Assembly: GCA_963674695.2 (NCBI GenBank)
Contig: CAXXGI010000003.1
Location: forward strand, 448,001-512,000
Length of the DNA stretch: 64,000 nt
DNA from: a bacterium
GTDB lineage: Bacteria > UBA10199 > 2-02-FULL-44-16 > JAAZCA01
Reading direction: 5' to 3'
Position numbers and translations under genes: made by a program. The notes beneath the pieces are model-generated. The model searched no databases. It was not told where the DNA came from and saw only the letters and a program-made list of their open reading frames with translations. Positions 10,068 to 19,087 of the stretch are shown here, piece by piece. Every line of letters begins with the position of its first letter. Within the stretch, counting starts at the first letter, position 1.

Positions 10068-10825
10068 ATCAGACGATGCTTCGACATCTGTTGGAAGCGG
10101 TGGCTCAGGGAGGCATTCGTCCCGATGAGGCGGTTGAGCGCCTGCGCGAGATGCCCTATGCGGATCTGGAGGTGGCGAAGTTCGACGGTCATCGGATGCT
10201 GCGCAATGGTTTTTCAGAGACGGTGCTCTGCGAGGGGAAGCGGCCCGAACATCTTGTGCAGATCATCGAAGGGGTCGTCGAGCGGGGCCACAACCTCCTC
10301 GGCACGCGATTGACCGAGCAGACCGTTCACCTGATCCGCGAAACATTTCCGCAGGCCGATGTCGATGAGGTCAGTCGCACCTTTTGTATCACCCCGCACA
10401 CGATCGAACCGGTGCACAAGGAGTTGGCGATCGTCTGTGCCGGGACCGCGGATATTCCGATCGCCGAAGAGGCGCGGCGCTGTGCGGCTTTCTTCGGCAT
10501 CGAAGGAACGCGCCACTACGATGTCGGCGTGGCGGGGTTGCATCGATTGCTCAATATTCTTCCCGATCTGCGCCGCGCCGATCTCCTCATCGTCGTTGCC
10601 GGCATGGAGGGGGCACTCCCCAGCGTCGTGGGCGGTCTCATCTCGGTGCCGATCATCGCCGTGCCGACGAGCATCGGATATGGGGCGGGGCAGGGCGGCA
10701 TCGCCGCATTGCTCGGCATGCTCTCGAGCTGTTCCGAAGGGATCACGGTCGTCAACATCGATAACGGCTTCGGTGCCGCCTGTGCGGCACGGCGCATCCT
10801 CTGCAACTGTAACGATCAGCGCTGA
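10064..10825 (+). CDS. larB: Nickel pincer cofactor biosynthesis protein LarB
   Basis: AGTADIPIAEEA, DVGVAGLHRL, VAGMEGAL, AVPTSIGYG, VVNIDNGFGAA. Confidence 0.9.
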   Translation: MNQTMLRHLLEAVAQGGIRPDEAVERLREMPYADLEVAKFDGHRMLRNGFSETVLCEGKRPEHLVQIIEGVVERGHNLLGTRLTEQTVHLIRETFPQADVDEVSRTFCITPHTIEPVHKELAIVCAGTADIPIAEEARRCAAFFGIEGTRHYDVGVAGLHRLLNILPDLRRADLLIVVAGMEGALPSVVGGLISVPIIAVPTSIGYGAGQGGIAALLGMLSSCSEGITVVNIDNGFGAACAARRILCNCNDQR

Positions 10826-10951
10826 TCGGTACGTTCTCATTATTCCTTTTTCCCCTTCAGATATGCGGTGATTGGGAGCGAATGTGATCGCTCTCAATCG
10901 CATCGTTGCCGCCGAAGTTATGTATAAGTACATATAATTTTTAAAAAAAGT

Positions 10952-10980
10952 TTGACGCAAACCTGCTAATTCATTATAAT
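10952..10980 (+). promoter_or_regulatory. Near-consensus sigma70 promoter for the histone-like gene
   Basis: TTGACG-17 nt-TATAAT preceded by an A/T tract (UP-element-like). Confidence 0.75.
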
Positions 10981-11038
10981 TTATCATGAAATTCAGAACC
11001 GCTTGAAAACAAACATTTTTTTCAACAAGGGGGAAATC

Positions 11039-11275
11039 ATGGTAAAGCGGAAAAAGAAAGTAGCGAAGAAGAAAAAGATCGTGAAGAAGAAAAAGATCGT
11101 GAAGAAGAAAAAGATCGTGAAGAAGAAAAAAGTAGCGAAGAAAAAAGTAGCGAAGAAAAAAGTAGCGAAGAAGAAAGTTGCAAAGAAAAAGGTAGCGAAG
11201 AAAAAAAAGAAAGTCGCCAAGAAGAAGGTCGTGCGTCGCAAGAAAAAGGCTCCGGCGAAGGCGAAGAAGAAATAA
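11039..11275 (+). CDS. Lys-rich histone H1-like / Hc2-like nucleoid protein
   Basis: 78 aa of KKK(K)VA/KKKKIV repeats; own promoter, RBS AAGGGGG and terminator. Confidence 0.75.
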   Translation: MVKRKKKVAKKKKIVKKKKIVKKKKIVKKKKVAKKKVAKKKVAKKKVAKKKVAKKKKKVAKKKVVRRKKKAPAKAKKK

Positions 11276-11296
11276 GAACGTGTCATATGCAGATGG

Positions 11297-11328
11297 AAGC
11301 GGGGGGCCACAAGCCCCCCGCTTTTTTT
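11297..11328 (+). terminator. Rho-independent terminator
   Basis: AAGCGGGGGGC-CACAA-GCCCCCCGCTT followed by T-run. Confidence 0.9.
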
Positions 11329-11457
11329 GGTGTTTGTAATGAACCAGGCGGCTGTAGAACCCTCAGTGCGAACCAATTTCCCTTGTTCCCCTTGGGCAAA
11401 TATGGTACCCGCCACACACTTTTTCCGATCTCTTGAGGTCAGGATGGGAGGCGAGGC

Positions 11458-12009
11458 ATGTCACAGTATGTTCCGAGCAAGCTTTTTTTGACGAAGGGGG
11501 TAGGGCGCCACCGGGAGAAATTGCAGAGCTTTGAGATGGCTCTGCGGCAAGCGCGCATCGCCCAGTTCAACTTGGTGCGCGTTTCGAGTATTCTGCCTCC
11601 ACACTGCGAGATTCTCCAGCGCAGCGAAGGGGTGTCGCACCTTCGTCCCGGACAGGTCGTGCACTGTGTGATGTCCGATTGCGCGACCAACGAACCGAAT
11701 CGGTTGATGGCCGCCTCCGTTGGCCTCTCGGTTCCCAAGAACACCGAAAATCACGGGTATCTCTCCGAGCATCACGCCTTCGGCCAGAACGAGAAACAGG
11801 CTGGCGATTATGCCGAGGACCTTGCGGCCGAGATGCTGGCGACGATTCTTGGCGTTTCTTTCGATCCGGACAAGTCCTGGAACGAGCGCAAGGGGACCTG
11901 GGCGATCTCCGGCGACATCGTGCGGACGCAGAACGTGACGCAGTCAGCTGTCGGCGAGAAGAAGGGGTTGTGGACGACCGTCCTCGCCGGCGCGATTTTC
12001 ATCCCGTAG
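11458..12009 (+). CDS. pdaD: Pyruvoyl-dependent arginine decarboxylase
   Basis: SFEMALR..IAQFNLVRVSSILPP (Ser-Ser autocleavage site), GYLSEHH, AEDLAAEMLAT; adjacent to agmatinase. Confidence 0.88.
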   Translation: MSQYVPSKLFLTKGVGRHREKLQSFEMALRQARIAQFNLVRVSSILPPHCEILQRSEGVSHLRPGQVVHCVMSDCATNEPNRLMAASVGLSVPKNTENHGYLSEHHAFGQNEKQAGDYAEDLAAEMLATILGVSFDPDKSWNERKGTWAISGDIVRTQNVTQSAVGEKKGLWTTVLAGAIFIP

Positions 12010-12030
12010 CACCCGAAAAGAGGGGGCTCG

Positions 12031-12906
12031 ATGCTCTCGACGACGCCGTTTCTCGGAATTCCTCAACAACCCGAAGACTATGACGCTGCGCGGATCATCG
12101 TGCTGCCGATTCCGTATGAAGCGACGGTGAGCTATGGTCGTGGAACGGCGCGCGGTCCGCAGGCGGTCATCGATGCTTCTGCACAGGTGGAGCTCTTCGA
12201 CCATGAGATCGATCGCGATGCGAGCGACATCGGCATCATCACCTTCGAAGCATTGCGCGTGGGTGGCCTCGTGCCGGATATGCTCTCGAAGCGCATCGGT
12301 TCGATCTTAGCCCCACTGCTCGACCAAGGAAAAGTGCCGCTGTCGATCGGGGGCGAACATTCCATCACCCCGGCGATCGTCGAACACGTACATGCGGCCA
12401 TTCCCGACATCACGGTCGTGCAGCTCGATGCCCATGCGGATCTGCGCCAGGAATATGAGGGAGAACGCATGAGCCATGCCTGTGCGATGGCTCGCGTGCG
12501 CGACATCTGCCCCGCCGTGCAGGTGGGCATTCGCTCCCTTTCGGAGGAGGAGTATCGGTGGATCGAGCGGGATCGTCTGCCGGTCTTCTTTGCGGATCGG
12601 ATGCAGGATGGTGATGGGTGGATGGATGAAGCCATCGCTGCCATTGGGACGGAGAAGATCTATCTCTCCATCGATGTCGATGCCTTCGATGCTTCGATTA
12701 TGCCGGCGACAGGAACGCCCGAGCCGGGCGGGATGAACTGGTATCAGGTGACAACATTTTTGAAGAAACTTCTGGCCCGCAAACGCGCGGTCGGCATCGA
12801 TCTGATGGAACTGGCTCCGGTGCCCGCACTGCATGCCTGCGATTTTCTCGTCGCAAAACTCGCCTACAAGTGCATCGGCTATTACGCTCAATCTCTTCGC
12901 GAATAA
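12031..12906 (+). CDS. speB: Agmatinase
   Basis: GGEHSIT, DAHADLR, SHAC, SIDVDAFD, TGTPEPGG. Confidence 0.92.
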   Translation: MLSTTPFLGIPQQPEDYDAARIIVLPIPYEATVSYGRGTARGPQAVIDASAQVELFDHEIDRDASDIGIITFEALRVGGLVPDMLSKRIGSILAPLLDQGKVPLSIGGEHSITPAIVEHVHAAIPDITVVQLDAHADLRQEYEGERMSHACAMARVRDICPAVQVGIRSLSEEEYRWIERDRLPVFFADRMQDGDGWMDEAIAAIGTEKIYLSIDVDAFDASIMPATGTPEPGGMNWYQVTTFLKKLLARKRAVGIDLMELAPVPALHACDFLVAKLAYKCIGYYAQSLRE

Positions 12907-12915
12907 TCCGTTCTT

Positions 12916-13107
12916 CTAATGCACGGATTGTCCGAGACGCTTGGAGAGCGAGCAGATCGCATCCTGCTGTTCGAGGAGGCGATTGGCCACATCGAACTCG
13001 AAACTCTCCAGGTTGATTCCGGTCTCGATGAGCAGATGGGCGAATTTCTCGCTATCCACGGTCTCATCGAGGACTTCCAGGCAAAGCGCCTTCAATGCGT
13101 GATCCAT
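12916..13107 (-). CDS. Small hypothetical protein
   Basis: 63-aa ORF MDHALKALCLE... with RBS AGGGGGG; convergent on speB. Confidence 0.5.
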   Translation of the reverse strand: MDHALKALCLEVLDETVDSEKFAHLLIETGINLESFEFDVANRLLEQQDAICSLSKRLGQSVH

Positions 13108-13464
13108 AAATCCCCCCCTGATGGATCCGTTTCTCCTCCCCCCCATACACCCGCTGCTTTGCCGAACCAGCGGAACGAAGGAGAAACCGGCATTTGGAAT
13201 ACTCAAAGAACAAACAATGCATCATTTACATATAATTAATTATAACTGAGGCATATTTTAGTGTCTTATATGTGCAAGTCAAGGATATATATGTCACTTT
13301 AACGAAAAACTCGCAAATCATGGCTATGAATTATGATGCGAAGAGCGTGGATTTGCCCCAGAAGCGCTGTGGAACCGGTATTTCGCTTGAGCCATGCCGA
13401 TGTATCTGTTATCTCTTCGATATTATTGGTTTTTAGGGAGACCTTCGCGGAAGGAGTTCCACAG

Positions 13465-14955
13465 ATGCGTAAGGCAGGACTCATGATGATCATCATTCTG
13501 GCAACGATCGCCGCCAGCGCGGGCCGGGCATCGGCCTACGATCTCAAGAAGCATGTCGTGAGCTATACGTTGCCCAACGGGATGCGGTGGCTCTTCGTTC
13601 GCCGCACGCAGGCGCCGGTCTTCTCCGGCGTGGTCATGGTGCGCGTCGGCGGTATCGACGAGCAGCCGGGCAAGACGGGGCTCGCGCACATGTTCGAGCA
13701 TATGGCCTTCAAGGGATCGCAGCGGTTGGGGACGCGCGACTACGTTCAGGAGAAACCGATCCTCGATCGCATCGAGGTGGTGGGGCGTGAACTCACCGAT
13801 GAGGAACAGAAGAAGCGTCCCGATCGCAATCGGGTCAAAAAACTCAGCCGCGAACTGGCCGCTCTTCAGAAGGAGGCCTCACAGTTTCAAATTCGCAATG
13901 AGATCTGGGAGGTAATGAATCGCAACGGGGCGGCGGATCTCAATGCCTATACGAGCAAGGATGTGACGGCGTATTTTGCCAGCATGCCGATCAACCGCCT
14001 AGAGCTCTGGGCGCGCGTGACGGCAGAGATGGCCTTCGATCCGGCGATGCGCGAGTTCTATACGGAGCGCAGCGTGGTTGCCGAAGAGCGACGCACCGCC
14101 GTCGAGAATGATCCGAACGGGGCCCTTCAGGAGGAACTGTTGGCACTTGCCTTCGACGGTGGCCCCTACAGCATTTCGACTATCGGATATGAACGCGATG
14201 TGAACGGGCTCACCATCGAAGATGCGCGTGATTTTCACCAGCGCTATTACGTTCCCTCGAACATGATCGGCGTGCTCGTCGGCGATTTTTCCATCGGCAA
14301 GGCCAAGCGCATCGTGCGTCGTGTCTTCGGTCGATATGCCGCCAGGTCTCCCGAGCCGCTTCCGCATCTGATCGGCACGACGCAAGGGGGGCTTTCGAAA
14401 CGTTTTTCCTTCAACGCGCAGCCGGCGTTGGCACTGGCTTGGCACAAGCCGACGCTTCCGAACGCGACCGAGTATCCCTTCGACGTTATCACGGCACTGT
14501 TGTGCGACGGTCGCGCCAGCCGTTTGGAGCAGCGGCTCATCTATGACAAGCGCCTGGCCAAGGATATCTATTGCTCCGATGGCTATCCGGGCTCCAGGCT
14601 CGACAACCTCTTTGTCATCTGGATCGAGCCGCTGGGTGGAGTGACCCCCGCGCGCCTGTTTCGTGAGGTGAGCGCTGAGATCGCGCGGTTGCGGGACGAA
14701 CCGGTGGGGGAGGCGGAGCTCAATCGCGTTCGCAAGCAGGTGACGGCGGGGCTCGTCTTCGCGCTCGATGAGAACATGCAGTTGGCACAAGCGCTGGCGC
14801 GCTTCGAGACGACCTTCGGAGATTGGCAGATCCTGGCCGACTATCCGCGACGGATTGCGGCGGTGACGCCAGAAGAGGTGCAACGCGTCGCCAAAACCTA
14901 TCTCATCCCCTCCAACCGCATCGTGGTCGAACGGCTGAAAGGGAGGGCGCGATGA
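13465..14955 (+). CDS. M16 zinc peptidase, catalytic subunit
   Basis: Signal peptide; GLAHMFEHMAFKGS (HXXEH); LNAYTS. Confidence 0.92.
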   Translation: MRKAGLMMIIILATIAASAGRASAYDLKKHVVSYTLPNGMRWLFVRRTQAPVFSGVVMVRVGGIDEQPGKTGLAHMFEHMAFKGSQRLGTRDYVQEKPILDRIEVVGRELTDEEQKKRPDRNRVKKLSRELAALQKEASQFQIRNEIWEVMNRNGAADLNAYTSKDVTAYFASMPINRLELWARVTAEMAFDPAMREFYTERSVVAEERRTAVENDPNGALQEELLALAFDGGPYSISTIGYERDVNGLTIEDARDFHQRYYVPSNMIGVLVGDFSIGKAKRIVRRVFGRYAARSPEPLPHLIGTTQGGLSKRFSFNAQPALALAWHKPTLPNATEYPFDVITALLCDGRASRLEQRLIYDKRLAKDIYCSDGYPGSRLDNLFVIWIEPLGGVTPARLFREVSAEIARLRDEPVGEAELNRVRKQVTAGLVFALDENMQLAQALARFETTFGDWQILADYPRRIAAVTPEEVQRVAKTYLIPSNRIVVERLKGRAR

Positions 14956-16322
14956 GACGTCTGGGATCGATCCTTGTTTTCGTACTCCTGCTCGTGGCGA
15001 TGGCCTTCCGCGTCCATGCCGACGACTCCTTTCTCAAGGCCTATGAGCGACGTCCATTGCCATCGATCACGCCGCCGCATGTGCGTGTGGAAACGCTCGC
15101 AAACGGCATGCGTTTGTTTCTGCTCGAGGATAAAACCCTCCCGATCGTCAAGGTGCGCGTGATCACCCGCACCGGAAGGATCGCCGATCCTTCGCCGAAG
15201 GTGGGGCTGGCACAGCTCACCGGCATGGTGATGCGCAGCGGCGGGACGAAGTCGCTTTCGCCCGATGCCTTCGATACGGCGGTGGATGAGTTGGGGGCAA
15301 ACCTCTCCTCTTCCATTGGGCTGGATATGGGACAGGCCTCGCTCGAGGTCCTCTCCGACGACATGGCCGCGGGGCTCGATCTTCTCTTCGAAATGATTTT
15401 CCAACCACGATTTGATCCGGGACGAATGCGCGGGGCGCGCCTCAAGATCGAGGAGGCCCAAAGGCGCATCGAGGACGATCCGGGACAACTGGCGGCCGTG
15501 CGCTTTCGCGAGTTAGTCTATGGCACGCAGAGCCCCTGGGCGCGACGTCCGAATAGCGCGACGCTCAAGCGTATTCGTCGCGAGGATCTGAGGGCTTTTC
15601 ATGAGCGGTTCTATCGCACCGACAACATGATACTAGCGGCCGCTGGAAATTTCGATGCGGATGCCTTCATCGCGCTCATTCGCGAGCGCACGGCGGGGGC
15701 GCCAGGCGGAGCGGTGGTACAGCCCGAGATCACGCCGGTGGAACTCGTCTTCGAGGCCGAGACCGAGCGGATCGTGCGCTCGATCTCTCAGGGCTTCATT
15801 CGCATAGGCCATCTCGGGATCAAGCGGCATAATCCGGACAAGTTTGCACTCCTCATTGCGGTCGATATCCTCGGCGGTGGAGGATTCAAGAGTCGCCTCA
15901 TGGAGGATATTCGCACGAAACGGGGGCTGGCCTACAGCATCTTCAGCGCGCTTCATCCGGGAACCGATTATGGACTTTTCACGGTCGGTGTCACCACCAC
16001 CGCTGCTCAGATCGACAAGGTCGTGGGGCTGGTGCGTGAGCACATCGAGCGACTCACCGAGGAGAAGGTTTCCGACGAAGAACTCGCACTCGCCAAACAA
16101 TCGCAGCTGGCCAGCATGGTCTTTGCCTTCGACAGTGCCTTCAAGGTTGCCAATCATCAGGCGACCTATTTCTACTATGGCTATCCTGAGGATTACTGGA
16201 AGGTCTATCGGGACGAAATCGCCCGGGTGACTCGCCAGGATGTGTACCGGGTGGCGCGGAAGTATCTCCATCCGGATGGGCTCAAGAGCGTTATCGTCGG
16301 CCCCCGAGGAAAGGGACGATAG
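14952..16322 (+). CDS. M16 peptidase, non-catalytic partner subunit
   Basis: LANGMRLFL, ILGGGGFKSRLMEDIRTKRGLAYS; lacks HXXEH; ATGA overlap. Confidence 0.88.
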   Translation: MRRLGSILVFVLLLVAMAFRVHADDSFLKAYERRPLPSITPPHVRVETLANGMRLFLLEDKTLPIVKVRVITRTGRIADPSPKVGLAQLTGMVMRSGGTKSLSPDAFDTAVDELGANLSSSIGLDMGQASLEVLSDDMAAGLDLLFEMIFQPRFDPGRMRGARLKIEEAQRRIEDDPGQLAAVRFRELVYGTQSPWARRPNSATLKRIRREDLRAFHERFYRTDNMILAAAGNFDADAFIALIRERTAGAPGGAVVQPEITPVELVFEAETERIVRSISQGFIRIGHLGIKRHNPDKFALLIAVDILGGGGFKSRLMEDIRTKRGLAYSIFSALHPGTDYGLFTVGVTTTAAQIDKVVGLVREHIERLTEEKVSDEELALAKQSQLASMVFAFDSAFKVANHQATYFYYGYPEDYWKVYRDEIARVTRQDVYRVARKYLHPDGLKSVIVGPRGKGR

Positions 16323-16435
16323 GGGACGAGGAATGCTTGATTTTCCTCGAAAGGTCAGGCAGTTGGAGGGTGATCCTTGTATGTCATTCAAGGAATACAT
16401 TAAAAGTGTTTGATGTGAGAGGGTGAAGGAGAACG

Positions 16436-18142
16436 ATGATTAAACGGCATATTGAAGCGATGATTCGAGATGCTTTTGGGCGCGTTCTGACCGAGAGCGA
16501 TCGATCCATCGAGGGTCATCCGGTGATCGAGTTGGCCAAACCCCGCATCGAGTCCCATGGCGATCTCTCCTGCAATGTGGCGATGATGTATGCCAAGCAG
16601 GCCGAAATGAAGCCGCGCGATCTGGCTGAGGCGATCGTCGCTCACTTCAAGGATGAGCAGCAGCTCGTGGCAAAGGCCGAGATCGCCGGGCCGGGATTCA
16701 TCAACCTCACCATCAATCCGACCGCGTATTGGTCGGTCTTGGCGGAAATCGAGCGCCAGGGCGAGCATTTCGGCGAATCGGATACGGGAGGCGGGCGGCG
16801 CGTGCAGGTGGAATTCGTCAGCGCCAACCCGACCGGGCCGCTTCATATCGGTCATGGTCGTGGTGCGGTCTATGGCGATGCGCTGGCGTCGGTGTTGGCG
16901 GCAGCGGGTTTTCAGGTGACCCGCGAGTATTACGTCAACGATACGGGCAACCAGATCCAGACGTTGGGGCGCTCGGTCTGGCTGCGCCTGCAGGAGCTTG
17001 AGGGAAAATCGGTCGCCTTTCCGCAGGAGTGCTATCAGGGCGACTACATCATCGATGTGGCGCGCGATCTGAAGGAGCGGGACGGATGGCAGCTGGCGGA
17101 GATGGATGAGGCCGAGGCCATCACATTCTGTGGCGAGGTCGCCGGCACGCGCATCCTGGCGGAGATCAAGGAGGACTTGGCCGCCACAGGGGTCGTGCAC
17201 GACACCTATTTTCACGAAGAGAACCTCCACACCGATACCGCGGTGGAGCGGACGATCCTCTGGCTGCGCGAGCTTGGCTTTATCTTCGAGCTCGACGGGG
17301 CCCTCTGGTTTCGCACGACCGACTTTGGCGATGACAAGGACCGGGTGCTGCGCAAGAGCGATGGGCTCCTCACCTACTTTGCGGCCGATATCGCTTATCA
17401 CAAGAACAAATACGATCGCGGCTTCGAGCGCATCATCGATATTTGGGGGGCCGATCATGGCGGGTATGTCGCCCGCATGAAGGCGGCGGTGCAGGCGATG
17501 GGGCATGCGCCCGAGAGCTTCGATGCCGTGCTCATTCAGCTGGTGAACTTAAAGCGCGGCGGCGAGTCCGTCTCCATGTCGACGCGCGCGGCCACCTACG
17601 AGACGCTCGCCGATGTGCGTGAGCAGGTCGGGCGCGACGTCTGTCGCTATTTTTTCCTGATGCGTTCACACAATGCCCAGCTCGATTTTGACCTGGAGTT
17701 GGCCAAGCGTCAGACGCCGGATAATCCCGTCTTTTACATCCAATATGCCCATGCTCGCATCTGCAGCATCTTTCGCAAAGCGGCCCAGCGCGGTTTGCGG
17801 GCGGCCGACGTCCGCGCGGTGGATACGGCCCATCTCGACATGCCCGAGGAGGCCGCCCTGGCCCGGATGCTGGGCACCTATCCGGAGGTCATCGCCGAGT
17901 GCGCCGAGGCGCTCGAGCCACACAAACTGGCCTTCTATCTCCTGGAGCTCGCGCGGCAGTTTCAGTCCTACTACAGCCGAGGGCGCGACGACGATCGCTA
18001 TCGGGTGGTCTCCGGCGACGTCGCTCGTTCAGAGGCCAAGCTCTATCTCTTGAAAAATGTACAGCGTGTGTTACAAAACGCATTGAGAATACTGGGCATT
18101 TCCGCACCCGAGGAGATGGCCCGGGAAGACGGTGAACAGTGA
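16436..18142 (+). CDS. argS: Arginine--tRNA ligase
   Basis: VEFVSANPTGPLHIGHGRG (HIGH), WGADHGGY, NPVFYIQYAHARICS. Confidence 0.97.
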   Translation: MIKRHIEAMIRDAFGRVLTESDRSIEGHPVIELAKPRIESHGDLSCNVAMMYAKQAEMKPRDLAEAIVAHFKDEQQLVAKAEIAGPGFINLTINPTAYWSVLAEIERQGEHFGESDTGGGRRVQVEFVSANPTGPLHIGHGRGAVYGDALASVLAAAGFQVTREYYVNDTGNQIQTLGRSVWLRLQELEGKSVAFPQECYQGDYIIDVARDLKERDGWQLAEMDEAEAITFCGEVAGTRILAEIKEDLAATGVVHDTYFHEENLHTDTAVERTILWLRELGFIFELDGALWFRTTDFGDDKDRVLRKSDGLLTYFAADIAYHKNKYDRGFERIIDIWGADHGGYVARMKAAVQAMGHAPESFDAVLIQLVNLKRGGESVSMSTRAATYETLADVREQVGRDVCRYFFLMRSHNAQLDFDLELAKRQTPDNPVFYIQYAHARICSIFRKAAQRGLRAADVRAVDTAHLDMPEEAALARMLGTYPEVIAECAEALEPHKLAFYLLELARQFQSYYSRGRDDDRYRVVSGDVARSEAKLYLLKNVQRVLQNALRILGISAPEEMAREDGEQ

Positions 18143-18193
18143 ACGGTGAACAGTAAGCGGTAAAACAGCATTTGTTCACGGTTTACCGTTCAC
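18130..18193. repeat. Heptamer tandem repeats forming an inverted pair
   Basis: (C[GA]GTGAA)-like x5 followed by complementary ([TGC]GTT[CT]AC) x3. Confidence 0.7.
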
Positions 18194-18201
18194 GAGAAAA
18201 C

Positions 18202-18996
18202 ATGGCTGACTACATGCGCAATTCGAGACGTCGCGAAGAGGGGGACGGGTTTTTCTGCCGTTTCACCTTCGGGCAATTCTTTGCGCTCTTGATCCTCGAG
18301 GTCTTCACCCTCTTTTTCGTCTTCTATCTGGGTGCTCGCTATGGACAGGAGTTTCTGGGCCTGAAGTCGGATGTCACGGTCGTCGAGGGGATGGAGATCG
18401 AAGGAGACGAGGGCGAGGCCGGGGTGATGACCACCTCCGATCCCGAAGTGCGCCGCATGGCTGGAGAACTCATCGCCAAGGCCAAGACTCCGGAGCTCAA
18501 GGAGCGCATTCGGTCGATGATCCACGATGCCCGCGGGGAGAAGCCGGAGCGCATGCCCGAGGTGGTGGGGCGAAACCGCGAAGCCGAGGCTCCTCCCGTC
18601 GTGCCGAAGGATCCGGGCACGCGTGCGGCATCCAGGGCCGATGACGGCTTCGAACCACAGGTGGTGGGAGAGCGCGCGCCCGTTCAGGAGACGCCGCCCC
18701 CGGCGCGTACGGCGCAACAGGATGCCGGCGTGGTGCGCGTCAAATCGGTCGAGAACGCGCGCTATTCGGTGCAGGTCGGTTCCTATCCGCAGATGGGGGA
18801 GGCGACCACCGTCGTGGAACGCTGGAAGGGGAAGGGCTTTCCCGCCTACATGATGATCGCCGATATCCCCGATCGCGGTCGTTGGTATCGCGTGCGCATC
18901 GGCGGGTTCGAGACGCGCAACGATGCGGCTCGTTATCTCAAGGAGTTGCAGACGCGTGAAAACGTCGAAGCGCTGGTGGTACTGAACGAACAATAA
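18202..18996 (+). CDS. SPOR domain cell-division protein
   Basis: N-terminal TM helix, low-complexity linker, C-terminal YSVQVGSY...WYRVRIGGF; follows argS as is common. Confidence 0.88.
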   Translation: MADYMRNSRRREEGDGFFCRFTFGQFFALLILEVFTLFFVFYLGARYGQEFLGLKSDVTVVEGMEIEGDEGEAGVMTTSDPEVRRMAGELIAKAKTPELKERIRSMIHDARGEKPERMPEVVGRNREAEAPPVVPKDPGTRAASRADDGFEPQVVGERAPVQETPPPARTAQQDAGVVRVKSVENARYSVQVGSYPQMGEATTVVERWKGKGFPAYMMIADIPDRGRWYRVRIGGFETRNDAARYLKELQTRENVEALVVLNEQ

Positions 18997-19007
18997 CCTC
19001 TGATGCA

Positions 19008-19077
19008 GTGATTGGTGATTTGTGATTTGTGATGAGTAAGATCGAAGCCAATCACCAGTCACCGGTCACCAGTCACC
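19008..19077. repeat. Heptamer tandem repeats forming an inverted pair
   Basis: (GTGATT[GT])-like x4 followed by ([AG][AG]TCACC) x4. Confidence 0.7.
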
Positions 19078-19087
19078 GTTCCACCAG

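Noticed and set aside
10915-10940. Second dif-like site (TTATGTATAAGTACATATAA)
   Set aside because: Lacks the 11-6-11 arm arrangement; better explained as an operator or UP element of the adjacent promoter.
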